Shown here piece by piece: positions 35,350 to 45,553 of a stretch of DNA of 50,152 bases. The position numbers and the translations under genes were made by a program. Source of the DNA: a virus (taxonomy: Duplodnaviria > Caudoviricetes); IMG/VR virus record IMGVR_UViG_3300017655_000272, positions 1 through 50,152 of that record, one strand, 5' to 3'. The notes under the pieces are model-generated. The model saw only the letters and a list, made by a program, of their open reading frames with translations. It was not told the origin of the DNA and searched no databases. How positions within the stretch are numbered: position 1 is the stretch's first letter; each line of letters opens with the position of its first letter.

Positions 35350-37110
35350 ATGGCGATTGTCAGGGAGCTCGTGACGCTGCTGCGCTACCAGGTGGACCGC
35401 GCCGGCCTGACCGATTACGCCAAGAAGGCGCGCACGGTCGGCCAGCAGGTGTCGGGCGTGGGCCGGGCCGCCATGCAAGGCTGGCGCGAAGGCGTCAATC
35501 AGGCGCTGGCCAGCTACGGCCTGGTGCCCGGCAAGGTCATCCAGGGTATCCGCGAGCAGCGCCGCCTGAACCGCGAGCAGCGCCAGTCGGCGCGAAACGT
35601 GAAGGAGATCGGCGGCGGGTACACGGCGCTGGCCGGGTACATCCGTGGTGCGCTGGCCTATGTCGGCGTGACGGCCACGGCCGGCTTGGCCGATGAATGG
35701 TCGGGCGTCGAGGCGCGGATCGGCCTGGCCACCGATAGCATCGAGGATCAGCGCAAGGCCCTCGTCCGGTTGTATGACAGTGCGCAGGATGCCGGCCAGG
35801 ACTATCTGGCCACTGGCGACTTGTTTACCAGCGTCAGCCGCAACCGCAAGGAACTGGGTCTGGGGCTGGATCAGTCGCTGCAGCTGACCGACACTATCGG
35901 CAAGCTGCTGACCATCGGTGGCGGTTCCGCCGGCAGCCAGCAGGCGGCGCTCACGCAACTGGGCCAGGCCCTGGGATCGGGCGTGCTGCGCGGCGACGAA
36001 CTCAATTCCATCTTGGAGCAGGCGCCACGCCTGGCACAGGCCGTGGCCGATGCCTTCGGTGTATCGGTCGGCGAACTGCGCAAGCTCGGCCAGGAGGGCA
36101 AGCTCACCAGCAAGGCGCTGGCCGATGGTCTGTTGAAACTTGGCGAGAGCATCAACGAAGAGTTCGACCGCATGCCTAAAACCTTCGGACGCGGCGGCAC
36201 GCTGATCCGCAACGCCTGGGGCCGGATGATCTGGCAGGTCAACCGCGCCAGCGCGGCCAGCGAAGGCTTCTATGCTGTCTCCAAGCTGATCGCCGAGAAC
36301 ATGGTGGCCATCGTCAAGGTCGGCGCCATGGCGTTGCTGGCGGCCGGCGTGGTGAAGCTGTTGCCGCTGCTGAAAGCAATGCGTGGCGCCTCGATGGCTG
36401 CGCTGTGGCCGTTCCTGCGCATGTATGCCATTTTGGAGGCCATCCGGCTGATTGGCGACGACGTGCTGACCTGGTTGCGCGGCGGCCAGTCGGTGCTAGG
36501 CGGAATTATCGGGCGGTCGGAAGAATGGAAGGCCCAGGTCGATTGGGTGAAGGGCGTCCTGGAGAGCGTGAAAAATCTGATCGGCGATGCCAGCCTGTCC
36601 GTGGGCGAGTTTGCCAAGAAGTGGGGGACGGTTGGACTGGTCATCGCGGGCATCGTGATGCTGATCGGCTGGATTCCGACAGCGATCATCGCCGTGGCGC
36701 TGATCATCATTCGCTATTGGGTTGACATTCAAAAAGCTGGTGAGGATATTTGGAAGGCATTCACCGACGGCGCCGCGCAGTCATGGGCCGAGGTCAAGGC
36801 CAGTTTCCAGCGGCTGCTCGATTGGTTCGTTGAGAAGAAGAATGGTCTGGTGGGTTTTTTTGATGGGCTGGTGCCGGACATCTTCAAGGGAGACAATCCG
36901 GGCCCTGGCGCTGCGACTGTTCAACGATCTGGGGCCGCTTCGATTTCAGCTCAAGATAACCGCCAAACCACCATCACGATACAGGGCGTGGCGGGCAATC
37001 CGGCAGCCGTTGGCCGAGCCGCAGAGGCCGGCGTGCAGCGCGGGTACGGATCTGCGGTGCCTGTCGTTCCACCTGGTTATTTGACCCCTAACGTGGAAGC
37101 TATGCCTTAG
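35350..37110 (+). CDS. Tape measure protein
   Basis: QLGQALGSGVLRGDELNSILEQAP. Confidence 0.92.
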   Translation: MAIVRELVTLLRYQVDRAGLTDYAKKARTVGQQVSGVGRAAMQGWREGVNQALASYGLVPGKVIQGIREQRRLNREQRQSARNVKEIGGGYTALAGYIRGALAYVGVTATAGLADEWSGVEARIGLATDSIEDQRKALVRLYDSAQDAGQDYLATGDLFTSVSRNRKELGLGLDQSLQLTDTIGKLLTIGGGSAGSQQAALTQLGQALGSGVLRGDELNSILEQAPRLAQAVADAFGVSVGELRKLGQEGKLTSKALADGLLKLGESINEEFDRMPKTFGRGGTLIRNAWGRMIWQVNRASAASEGFYAVSKLIAENMVAIVKVGAMALLAAGVVKLLPLLKAMRGASMAALWPFLRMYAILEAIRLIGDDVLTWLRGGQSVLGGIIGRSEEWKAQVDWVKGVLESVKNLIGDASLSVGEFAKKWGTVGLVIAGIVMLIGWIPTAIIAVALIIIRYWVDIQKAGEDIWKAFTDGAAQSWAEVKASFQRLLDWFVEKKNGLVGFFDGLVPDIFKGDNPGPGAATVQRSGAASISAQDNRQTTITIQGVAGNPAAVGRAAEAGVQRGYGSAVPVVPPGYLTPNVEAMP

Positions 37111-37145
37111 AATGTCATGAAAACTTACATTCAAGGGTGGGTGAC

Positions 37146-37625
37146 ATGAAGATTTTGGCCGGAGAATTTAAAAACAAGGCATGCTCAATAGATGCTAGGA
37201 ATTTCATCTTCGAAGGTTTTTTGTCGAAAGAGAAAGTTCCCCTGACGGACATTGTTGCATTCGAGATTGAGGGCCAGGAATCAAAGACCTCTGGTGGCCT
37301 TGGGACGGCAGCGGCCGGAGGTTTGTTGTTCGGCGGTGTTGGCGCAGTAGTCGGCGCCGTAGTCGGCAGGGGATCAAAAACAGACACCACAGCCGGAGTG
37401 ACTCTTCTTGATGGCCGGCGATTCATGGCGAAGTTTTCCGGTTCAGATGTGGATTACATTCGAGCCGCGCTTTTCGAGGTTCAGGATAAAACCGTGGACG
37501 AGAGAAGGGCGGAGCAAGCTGCGCGAGTGGCCAAGGCTGCGCGCAAGAAGGAGGTCACAAGGAAGGCGATGATGTGGTCTCCGCTTGTGCTGATTGCGGC
37601 TTGGCTTGTGCTATCAAACGTCTAG
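37146..37625 (+). CDS. Moron membrane protein
   Basis: Gly-zipper AAAGGLLFGGVGAVVGAVVG and C-terminal TM; lower GC. Confidence 0.7.
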   Translation: MKILAGEFKNKACSIDARNFIFEGFLSKEKVPLTDIVAFEIEGQESKTSGGLGTAAAGGLLFGGVGAVVGAVVGRGSKTDTTAGVTLLDGRRFMAKFSGSDVDYIRAALFEVQDKTVDERRAEQAARVAKAARKKEVTRKAMMWSPLVLIAAWLVLSNV

Positions 37626-37720
37626 ACTCAAGCCTCAAGCACTGTACCCAGCCAATACTTGCCTCAAAGGTCTGCCCCTGTAAACTCTTGTAATGAGTTC
37701 GATTATAGGAGAGACAGGGA

Positions 37721-38035
37721 ATGATAGATTTTTATATTACGAGCGTTCGGTATTCGGGTGATGGCGCATCTATCGAAAAGGTGAGGATTGCAACCCGCAA
37801 TGAGCCAATAACGGGTAAAAAATCCATTGGCGCGGAGTCGATAGTTCCGGCTAAATTTGTTAGGGATTTAGTTCGGAACGGAAAACTAGAGATATGGACA
37901 GCAACTATCGAGAAGAACAAGACCGGCTCAACGTACAGGCGTGGAGCGAAGGTCTTGTTGTACGGCGATAAGTTCATAACCACCAGTCCGAATAGGACCG
38001 AAAGAGATAACCTAGACGAATTACCTGAGTTCTAG
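37721..38035 (+). CDS. DUF3892-like protein
   Basis: YITSVRY..GAKV..DNLDELPEF. Confidence 0.7.
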   Translation: MIDFYITSVRYSGDGASIEKVRIATRNEPITGKKSIGAESIVPAKFVRDLVRNGKLEIWTATIEKNKTGSTYRRGAKVLLYGDKFITTSPNRTERDNLDELPEF

Positions 38036-38065
38036 GGTTATAAAAGCCGTTCAGTGCGGCTATTT

Positions 38066-38350
38066 TTAAGCGTGGGCAGGCTCTCGAAATGACACAACGG
38101 CAGGTCGGGGCTTTTGCTCTGCCTGCCACAGGTCGTACTGAGCCTGCATATTGACCCACATTTCAGCGCTGGTTCCGAGCGCATCGCGAAGACGCAAGGC
38201 CATGTCCGCCGAGATGCCGGCCGAGCCGTTGAGGATGCGGGACAGCGCAGTACGGGTGACGCCCAGGCGTTCCGCCGCCTCTGTGACGGTCAGGTCGCCC
38301 AGGAATTCGCGCAGTGCCAGGCCTGGGTGTGCTGGGTTGTGCATACGCAT
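38066..38350 (-). CDS. higA: HigA antitoxin
   Basis: MHNPAHPG..LGVTRTALSRILNG..ISADMALRL. Confidence 0.93.
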   Translation of the reverse strand: MRMHNPAHPGLALREFLGDLTVTEAAERLGVTRTALSRILNGSAGISADMALRLRDALGTSAEMWVNMQAQYDLWQAEQKPRPAVVSFREPAHA

Positions 38351-38359
38351 GGTGTTCTC

Positions 38360-38656
38360 CTAATGATAGTCCTGATAGTCCACCAGGATGGCGTCAACGC
38401 CTTCGAAATAAAAGGTGAGGCGCCAGTTGCCGCTGACCGACACGGACCAGTGATCCTGGACTGGTTGGCCTTTTGGATTGTTGCCAGAGAGCTTGTGCAG
38501 CTTCCACCCCGGAGCATTCATATCCTGAGGGTCGATTGCCGCGCTTAGGGTCGTCAGCTGTACGTGCAGCCGCGCTGCGTGCTTAGCTTGGATGCCGGCC
38601 TTTGATCCCGTCTCGAAGAAGGCTTGGAGGCCTTTATGTCGGAAGCTCTTAATCAT
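38360..38656 (-). CDS. higB: HigB (RelE/ParE family) toxin
   Basis: MIKSFRHKGL..WSVSVSGNWRLTF..DYH; toxin precedes antitoxin. Confidence 0.93.
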   Translation of the reverse strand: MIKSFRHKGLQAFFETGSKAGIQAKHAARLHVQLTTLSAAIDPQDMNAPGWKLHKLSGNNPKGQPVQDHWSVSVSGNWRLTFYFEGVDAILVDYQDYH

Positions 38657-38658
38657 TT

Positions 38659-38682
38659 GTGTAGTGTATAGCATCGCTACAC
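38659..38682. promoter_or_regulatory. Putative HigA operator palindrome
   Basis: GTGTAGTG-N8-CGCTACAC directly upstream of higB. Confidence 0.55.
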
Positions 38683-38744
38683 GAAAAACAAGCTAATTTC
38701 ATTCCTGGGCTCGCTTCGACGGACCTTTTTCATGAGCATAAGAA

Positions 38745-39311
38745 ATGGCTTTCCTCTCCCTCCTGTTCAACCTGGGCAGCCCGCAGACCATGATCGGCAG
38801 CGTCCCGCTGGACGCGCTGCTGACCGAAGACACGGAGCTCACGGCCAACGTCAGCGCCTACCCGGTCGAGGACGGTCAGCCGGTGACCGACCACATTACC
38901 CGAGAACCCGAGCGCTTGGCGCTATCGGGCGTGGTGACGGCAGCGGGCGTTTTGCTGCTGGGCGCCGGCGGCCGCTCGAAGCTAATCCAGACCAAGGAGG
39001 CCCTGCGCCAGATCCACGAGCAGCGTCTGCCGATCACGGTCGTTACGGGCATGGACATCTACACCGATTACGGCATGACCAATGCCAAGATCGGCCGCAC
39101 CAACCAGGGCGAACAGATCACCATCACCTGCGAGTTCCAGAAAATCCAGAAGGTCAATCTGCGCCAGGCCGACATACCGCCGCAGAAAGCCCAGGGCAGC
39201 GCCAAGGGCAAGGCCGGGCAGACGGCGGCCAAGGGCGGTAAAACCAGCACCGAGTCGGGCCAGGTTGAGCCGCCATCCGACCTGGCCAGCCGTACGGGGT
39301 GGGGCAAATGA
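38745..39311 (+). CDS. Baseplate/distal tail protein
   Basis: YPVEDG..DH motif; synteny. Confidence 0.8.
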   Translation: MAFLSLLFNLGSPQTMIGSVPLDALLTEDTELTANVSAYPVEDGQPVTDHITREPERLALSGVVTAAGVLLLGAGGRSKLIQTKEALRQIHEQRLPITVVTGMDIYTDYGMTNAKIGRTNQGEQITITCEFQKIQKVNLRQADIPPQKAQGSAKGKAGQTAAKGGKTSTESGQVEPPSDLASRTGWGK

Positions 39312-39640
39312 TTCGAATTCCCATGCGAGACCAGAACAGCTTCGTGATCGAGGCAGGCCTGGAGGACGTGACGTTCTTCCTGCGCTTTGACTGGAACAGC
39401 GAGGCCGGCATCTGGGTGATGGGTGTCGCCAATGCCAGGAACGAGGATGTGATCCGCGGCCTGGCGCTGGTGCCCAACACGCCGCTGCTGGAGCAGTTCC
39501 GGCACTTGGCGGTTCCGGCCGGCGAGTTCGTGGTCTATGCCGACGACGACAACCTGCTGATCGGCCGCGAGACGTTCCTGACGGGGGCGGCCGCACTCTA
39601 TTATCTGACGGAGGCCGAAGTTGCCGCGCTTCAATCGTGA
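39308..39640 (+). CDS. Baseplate protein
   Basis: Synteny, ATGA coupling. Confidence 0.7.
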   Translation: MIRIPMRDQNSFVIEAGLEDVTFFLRFDWNSEAGIWVMGVANARNEDVIRGLALVPNTPLLEQFRHLAVPAGEFVVYADDDNLLIGRETFLTGAAALYYLTEAEVAALQS

Positions 39641-40541
39641 CTATCGACTGCTGGTGGGCCATCCAGGCCAGAAGGGCGTGGAGATCGTGCCGCCCATGCG
39701 GATCACATTCGAGGTCGACAAGGACACCAAGGAAGAACCCAACGCCACCAAGATTCGGATCTGGAACCTGGCCAAGGACACCCGGGATGCAATGGAGGAG
39801 CCCGATACGGTGGCGGCACTCTATGCGGGCTACGCCGAGGAAGACGGCCCGCTGCTGCTTGCCTACGGCACCGTGGCCGAGGCTTGGACGTACTTTGACG
39901 GTCCGGACGTGGTGACCGAGCTCGAGGTGCTGGACGGCTATGCAGCAATCCGTGACACCGTGGTGAGCCTGGGCTATGGACCGGGGGCGCGGGCCAGCAC
40001 CATCGCCGGTGATCTTGCCGGACAGATGGGTCTGCGCCTGAACATGGCCGACGACGTCCCGGATCGCGTCTGGCAGAACGGCTACAGCTACTACGGCGCG
40101 GCTCGCGTGGCGCTGCACAAGATCGTGCAGGGCACAGGCTTGGAGTGGTCTATTCAGAACGGCGAGCTGCAGGTTATTCCGCGCCTCGGCACCACGCCGC
40201 GCCAGGCGTTCGTGCTGGCGGCCGACAGCGGCCTGATCGGGTATCCGGAGCGCATGCGCAAGGGCGCCCGCGAGAAGGCCCGCGTGAAGGACCAGCGCAG
40301 CGGCGATAACAAGGACATCGTCTCGGCCCGGCAGCAGATCGACGGCTGGAAGGTCAAAAGCCTGTTGCTGCCCACGCTGAATCCCGGCGACCTGGTGAAG
40401 CTGGAAAGCCGCACGGTTGAGGGGTGGTTTCGAGTCGAGAAGCTGCGGCACACCGGCGACTGGGGTGGCCCGGGCGACTGGCAGACCGAATTGGAAGTGG
40501 TGGACCGCAATGCGCCGCCGCGGAAGAAAGGTACAAGATGA
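39621..40541 (+). CDS. Baseplate hub protein
   Basis: IWNL..AGY..WSIQNG..SGLIGYP. Confidence 0.8.
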   Translation: MPRFNRDYRLLVGHPGQKGVEIVPPMRITFEVDKDTKEEPNATKIRIWNLAKDTRDAMEEPDTVAALYAGYAEEDGPLLLAYGTVAEAWTYFDGPDVVTELEVLDGYAAIRDTVVSLGYGPGARASTIAGDLAGQMGLRLNMADDVPDRVWQNGYSYYGAARVALHKIVQGTGLEWSIQNGELQVIPRLGTTPRQAFVLAADSGLIGYPERMRKGAREKARVKDQRSGDNKDIVSARQQIDGWKVKSLLLPTLNPGDLVKLESRTVEGWFRVEKLRHTGDWGGPGDWQTELEVVDRNAPPRKKGTR

Positions 40542-41209
40542 AGGAGCTCATACAAGCCGCGCTGGCGGAGATGAATGTCTGCCTGCCGGGGGTCATCGTG
40601 GCCTACGACGGCAAAACCGCCACGGTGCGCCCGGCCGTGCCCAAGCAGTTGGCCAACGGTCAGACGCTGGCCGCGCCGCAGATCGTGCAGGTGCCGGTGT
40701 GCTGGCCGATTGCCGACGGCGGCAAAGCCATGGTTACGGTGCCGCTCAAGCCGGGCGATCCGGTAAAGCTGAATTTCAGCCAGCGCAGCCTGGAAAACTG
40801 GTTGTCAGGATCCGATCAGGCACCGGACGACCCGCGCCAGTTCGACCTGTCCGACTGTTTCGCCACGCCGGTCATGCGCCCGGGGCCGGTGGCAGATACT
40901 GAGAATGTCTGCATCCAGTACGGGCGTGGCACCATCAAGCTGGCGCCCAGTGGTGACCTGATCATCAACGTGCCCACCATGACTGTGAATGCTGAGCAGA
41001 CCACCTACAACAGCCCGGTCACCATCAACGGCCTGCTGACATACACCCAGGGCATGCGGGGCTCGGGCGGCGAGGGCAGCTCGATCAGCATCATGGGTGG
41101 AGCGGCTTTCAATGGCGGCCAGATCACGCACAACGCCAAGAACATTGGCAGCGACCACAAGCATGGCGGCGTGGTCGCTGGCGGCGACGAATCGGACGTT
41201 CCGGTATGA
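40538..41209 (+). CDS. Baseplate central spike (Gp138/gpV-like)
   Basis: PLKPGD..FSQR..C-terminal HKH. Confidence 0.85.
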   Translation: MKELIQAALAEMNVCLPGVIVAYDGKTATVRPAVPKQLANGQTLAAPQIVQVPVCWPIADGGKAMVTVPLKPGDPVKLNFSQRSLENWLSGSDQAPDDPRQFDLSDCFATPVMRPGPVADTENVCIQYGRGTIKLAPSGDLIINVPTMTVNAEQTTYNSPVTINGLLTYTQGMRGSGGEGSSISIMGGAAFNGGQITHNAKNIGSDHKHGGVVAGGDESDVPV

Positions 41210-41568
41210 GCATCGACATCAAACTGGGCCTGGATCACGACCTGGCTCTGAGCAAGAGCAGGGACCTGGTGCTCGTCGACGGCGCCGCCCGCGTGGCGCA
41301 GCAGATCAAGATCACGCTTCTGACCTTTCTGAGCGAGTGGTTCCTGGACGATACCTGGGGGGTGCCGTATCTGGAATCGATCATGATCAAGAGCCCCAGC
41401 CGCGCCCAGGTCGAATCCATCATCCGCGCCAAAGTGCGTGACGTGCCAGGCGTGACTGGCGTGCCGACGGTCCAGATCGAGATCGATTCACGGACGCGCC
41501 AGGGCCGCATCACGCTGCCCGGCATCCAAACCGACGAAGGCCCGATCACGGTCAGCGTCACCCGATAG
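41206..41568 (+). CDS. Baseplate wedge (gp25/gp46-like)
   Basis: EWFLD..GVPY. Confidence 0.8.
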   Translation: MSIDIKLGLDHDLALSKSRDLVLVDGAARVAQQIKITLLTFLSEWFLDDTWGVPYLESIMIKSPSRAQVESIIRAKVRDVPGVTGVPTVQIEIDSRTRQGRITLPGIQTDEGPITVSVTR

Positions 41569-41577
41569 GAACCATAG

Positions 41578-43029
41578 ATGGCAAATCAGTACGGTGTAAC
41601 CCCGGCGGGGTTCGTTCGCCCGCGGCTGCCCGAAGTCCGTGTCGAGATCATCGAAGCCCTACGGGCGAATCTACGCGCCAAGGGGCTGCCCGACGACATC
41701 GAGACTCGCCCGGACTCCGTCATGGGCGTGCTGGTCGATACATTCGCCGACCGCGAAGCGGCGTTATGGGAGATGGGCGAGGGCGTTTACTACGCCATGT
41801 ACCCGGGCTCGGCAAGTGGCACATCGCTGGATCGGTCCGTCGCGTTCTCGGGCGTCTCCCGGCTGGCCGCTGAGCGATCCAAGTGCTACGTGATCGCCTA
41901 CGGGCTTCAGGGTACGCCCGTGCCGGCGGGCGCCCAGATTCGTAACCGGGTGACCCAAACGCTGTGGGAGACCGCGCAGAACGTGACGATCAGTGGCCTG
42001 GCTGCGGCAGATATCCGTCTCGTGCCGGCCGTGCAGAACAGTGCCACGTACACAGTCACGGTCAACGGCGTGGACTACAGCTACACCAGCGACGCCGTAG
42101 CGACCATCGGCGACATCTTGGCCGGCCTGGTTGCGGCCTTGGCGGCCGGCCCCATGCAGGTGTCCAGCGATGGTTCGGCGATTCGGCTGCTGGCCGTGGA
42201 TGTTGGCGAGGCGTCGGTGAGCGCCACCGCGAACCTGTCGATCGCAACGCTGGGCAGCCGGGTTTTGGCGCAAACCATCGACCCGATGGCGGAAGAGGTG
42301 GCACCAGGCGATTTGGACACCATCGTGACACTGGTAGACGGCTGGCAGGCGGTAAACAACTTGGTGGGTGGATCCGTAGGCCGCGGCACCGAAAACGACG
42401 CCGAGCTACGCCGGCGATACCAGACCGGGGTATTCCGGTTTGGTGCGGCTACGCTGCCCAGCATTGCGCCGAACATCGAGCGCGAGGTTTCTGGCATCCG
42501 CGCTATCAAGGTGTTCCAGAATGACACGGACGAAGTGGTTGATGGGCGCCTGCCGCACAGCCTGCATGTCGTCGTCGACGGCGGCATCGAGGAGGAGATC
42601 GCCGCCGCCATTTACAGGTACAAGGCCGCGGGCATCGACACGAACGGCGCCATCGAGAAGACCGTGGCCGCGCCCGAAGGTGATCAGTTGATTCGGCTCG
42701 ACAGGCCGACCCCGGTCTACGTCTGGGTAAAGGCCGCGCTGACCCTGCTGCCGGCCCCCGAGCAGCCCTTCCCGGTAGATGGCTTCGAGCTCGTGGCCGA
42801 GTCAATCAACACCACTGGTCAGGCCCACGAGATCGGCCAGGACGTGATCGTGCAGCGGTTTTTCTCTGGTATCTATCAGACCAAAGGTATTGCCGAGGTG
42901 GATCTGCAGCTTGCCTTCGCCAGCGATCCCGGAATCACTCCGGCGCCCGGCGATTATTCGGCAGCCAACATCACCATCGACGACATCGAACGTGCGATGT
43001 TCGATCCCAGCCGTATCGAGGTGACGTGA
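41578..43029 (+). CDS. Baseplate J/gp47 family protein
   Basis: GTSLD..ENDAELRRR..PHS. Confidence 0.9.
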   Translation: MANQYGVTPAGFVRPRLPEVRVEIIEALRANLRAKGLPDDIETRPDSVMGVLVDTFADREAALWEMGEGVYYAMYPGSASGTSLDRSVAFSGVSRLAAERSKCYVIAYGLQGTPVPAGAQIRNRVTQTLWETAQNVTISGLAAADIRLVPAVQNSATYTVTVNGVDYSYTSDAVATIGDILAGLVAALAAGPMQVSSDGSAIRLLAVDVGEASVSATANLSIATLGSRVLAQTIDPMAEEVAPGDLDTIVTLVDGWQAVNNLVGGSVGRGTENDAELRRRYQTGVFRFGAATLPSIAPNIEREVSGIRAIKVFQNDTDEVVDGRLPHSLHVVVDGGIEEEIAAAIYRYKAAGIDTNGAIEKTVAAPEGDQLIRLDRPTPVYVWVKAALTLLPAPEQPFPVDGFELVAESINTTGQAHEIGQDVIVQRFFSGIYQTKGIAEVDLQLAFASDPGITPAPGDYSAANITIDDIERAMFDPSRIEVT

Positions 43030-43691
43030 TGGATCTCCAGCAGCAACATGCGGATATAGCCTGGGGCAACTTCCTGGCGCAGTACGGCAGCAGCCCGCGC
43101 CTGGAATCGGTCGTGCGTGCCCTGTATGCGCCGGCGCAAGGACTGCAGGGTGCGCTGCGGCAACTATTCGAGGGTCGATGGCTGGACACGGCCGTCGGCC
43201 GGCAGCTCGACGGCATCGGCGAGATCGTCGGCCAAGCCCGTGAAATCGCGGACACCGTCTACGTCAAGTTCTTCGGATTCGATGGTCAGCCCGGCGCTTT
43301 GGGCTTCGGCCAAGCACGGTTCCGGCGCAGCTACGAAAAGGCGGTTTCGGGATCGACCCGCCTGCTCGATGCCGAATACCGCAAAGTCCTGTACTGGAAG
43401 ATCGCCGTCAACAACGGGCACGGCACGGCACCCGAGATCATCGCCGCGATCCGCCCGATCTTCGATGTCGCATATGTCCGAATTAAGGATGCCGGCAACG
43501 CCAAAGTGAGGATCTGGATCAGCAAGATCCCGGGGCCCAACGATCCGCTCATGATCAACCCGTACCGTTGGATTCCTCTGGCGGCCGGCGTCGGCGTGCA
43601 GATACTGACCGGATCTACCGACAAGCCGTTTGGGTTCAGCAACCAGGAATTTTTCGGGTTCGGCGTGGGCGTGATGTCGCGCCGAATCTGA
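43029..43691 (+). CDS. Baseplate wedge (DUF2612-like)
   Basis: LDTAVGRQLDGIGEIVG..PLAAGV. Confidence 0.85.
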   Translation: MDLQQQHADIAWGNFLAQYGSSPRLESVVRALYAPAQGLQGALRQLFEGRWLDTAVGRQLDGIGEIVGQAREIADTVYVKFFGFDGQPGALGFGQARFRRSYEKAVSGSTRLLDAEYRKVLYWKIAVNNGHGTAPEIIAAIRPIFDVAYVRIKDAGNAKVRIWISKIPGPNDPLMINPYRWIPLAAGVGVQILTGSTDKPFGFSNQEFFGFGVGVMSRRI

Positions 43692-43752
43692 TCGCATATC
43701 AGCAAGTTCTTCAGCCGCCCATTGAGGCGGCTTTCTCTTTTAAGGGCAGCAC

Positions 43753-44664
43753 ATGGCAAACGTGGACTTCTTCAGCGCATTCGGATACGCCTGGGGCGAG
43801 AATGGCGCAATCGATCAGTGGGTGGATACCCAATACAAGCTTGGCTGGGCGTCAATCGGCAGCGTGCCGCCCAGCGTCGAGCAGTTTAACCGCGTGCATC
43901 AGATTGCAGACCAGAAAGCGAACTGGCTGTACGGGCAACTGAAGGCGGCGGCCACCGCCAACGGCGTGACGCTGGCCGCCGGTGATCTGTCGGCTTTGGT
44001 GCAAATCCTGGCCGCCACGGCGCCGGACGCCAGCAGTACGAAAAAAGGTCTGATCGAAATCGCCACCGCGACTGAGGCGAAGGCCCTTACCTCGACCCTG
44101 CTGGCCATCACCCCGGCGACGCTGGCGGCCGTCCTGGCCGACTTCCGTTCCGGCATTCCCGGCGCCACCTTCGCCGAGGTCGACGCTCTGACCGAAGACC
44201 AGGGCCCGATCATCGTGACGGATCACGGTGGGGCGGTGTACGTCTGGGGCGGCACTAAGTACGACCCGCTTATAGCATCCGAAACCTACGCGGGGTCGCT
44301 GAAGATCGCGACGGCTGCACTTGCACAGGCGCTGACGGATGATGCTGTGGCGCTGACGCCGAAGAAATTGGCCGATGCGTTTAAGGGCGGTAATCAATTG
44401 CTGGCTGCAGCTGGTTTTCAGAAGATTCCGGGCGGGCTAATTCTGCAGTTTGGGCAAGCGGACGGGGGAGCTTCATCGAGCGGAACTATTACTTTTCCGA
44501 CAGCATTCCCGAACGAGTGCCTTATCTGTCTTGCGACAGACAATGCAGCTATCGGAACGCCAGCGCTCGCAGTTGGCACATCTTTTACAGCAACCAATTT
44601 CACCTGGCAGCAGGCGTCTGGCTCGACTATTGCCGCATTCAACTGGTTCGCTATCGGACGATAA
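43753..44664 (+). CDS. Tail fibre protein
   Basis: Two A-S/T..G..IAT..A.TP..L repeats; C-terminal PGGLILQFG..TFPTAFPN..WFAIGR. Confidence 0.85.
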   Translation: MANVDFFSAFGYAWGENGAIDQWVDTQYKLGWASIGSVPPSVEQFNRVHQIADQKANWLYGQLKAAATANGVTLAAGDLSALVQILAATAPDASSTKKGLIEIATATEAKALTSTLLAITPATLAAVLADFRSGIPGATFAEVDALTEDQGPIIVTDHGGAVYVWGGTKYDPLIASETYAGSLKIATAALAQALTDDAVALTPKKLADAFKGGNQLLAAAGFQKIPGGLILQFGQADGGASSSGTITFPTAFPNECLICLATDNAAIGTPALAVGTSFTATNFTWQQASGSTIAAFNWFAIGR

Positions 44665-44676
44665 GGGGCGTAACAA

Positions 44677-45147
44677 ATGATCTACTTTAGCTCCCAAACG
44701 GGCGGCTTCTACAATTCAGAAATCCACGGTGACAACATCCCCGCCGATGCTGTCGAAATCACGCCAAGCGGACATGCCGCGCTGCTGCAAGGCCAGGCGC
44801 AAGGTAAACGCATCGTTTCAGATGAAAACGGGCACCCGACCCTGGCTGATCCGCCGCCACCAACGCCTGCGCAAATCGAAGCAGCCAAAGTCGCCATCGT
44901 GCAGCAGCATATGGACGACGCCGCACGGGCATTGCGATATGACAGTATCGCCAATGCCGTAACCTATGCCGAAGAGCCCGCCGTGCCGAAGTTCCAGGCC
45001 GAGGGCCAGGCGTTCCGCGCGTGGCGCTCTCTTGTGTGGGCGAAGTGCTATGCGATCCTCGATGAAGTGAATTCCAGCGCGCGCGGCATTCCGACGGACG
45101 AAGAATTGATTTTGGAACTGCCGACTCTTCAATTGCCAGAAGCTTAA
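44677..45147 (+). CDS. Tail fibre assembly protein
   Basis: GGFY..IHG..IPADAVEIT; follows the fibre gene. Confidence 0.8.
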   Translation: MIYFSSQTGGFYNSEIHGDNIPADAVEITPSGHAALLQGQAQGKRIVSDENGHPTLADPPPPTPAQIEAAKVAIVQQHMDDAARALRYDSIANAVTYAEEPAVPKFQAEGQAFRAWRSLVWAKCYAILDEVNSSARGIPTDEELILELPTLQLPEA

Positions 45148-45216
45148 CGGCTTTCCCTACCGATATCTCGGCGTGGGCGTATAGTCTCCTCACCATAATT
45201 TCAAAAGGAGAGGGAG

Positions 45217-45468
45217 ATGGAGATAAATACGGCGCTACTTGCCAGTTTTCTGGCCGCCTACGTGCTGTGGTGGCCGGTTGCCTGGCTTGCTTGCGCGATC
45301 TTTTCCTGGGTCGTTGCGCGCGAGAAACAATACAGCGGCTTCGCGTGGTTTTTGCTTGGTGTGCTGTTCGGTCCCGTCACGTTGATTGCCACGGTCGGCT
45401 TGCCGGATAGGTCGGCGCCCGGGCGTGATTCCGACTTCCAGAAGCTTGAGCCTGCGCTGCGCGAGTAA
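45217..45468 (+). CDS. Small membrane moron protein
   Basis: Strong RBS; two or three TM segments; GFAWFLLGVLFGP. Confidence 0.7.
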   Translation: MEINTALLASFLAAYVLWWPVAWLACAIFSWVVAREKQYSGFAWFLLGVLFGPVTLIATVGLPDRSAPGRDSDFQKLEPALRE

Positions 45469-45478
45469 CAAGAACCAC

Positions 45479-45536
45479 CACGGCCCGCCTTGTGCGGGCC
45501 CTTTTATTCACGGCCCGCCACCACGCGGGCTTTTTT
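45479..45536 (+). terminator. Tandem duplicated intrinsic terminators
   Basis: Two CACGGCCCGCC-starting hairpins, each with a T-tract. Confidence 0.75.
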
Positions 45537-45553
45537 ACGTCCAAAGGAATGAA

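Noticed and set aside
38982-40451. Long antisense ORFs (also 32907-34247, 29040-30314, 7048-8019)
   Set aside because: Shadows of GC3-biased genes on the opposite strand; no RBS, motifs or coupling, unlike the same-strand MTase partner frames
43753-45147. Diversity-generating retroelement or invertible fibre cassette
   Set aside because: No reverse transcriptase, no TR/VR pair and no invertase seen
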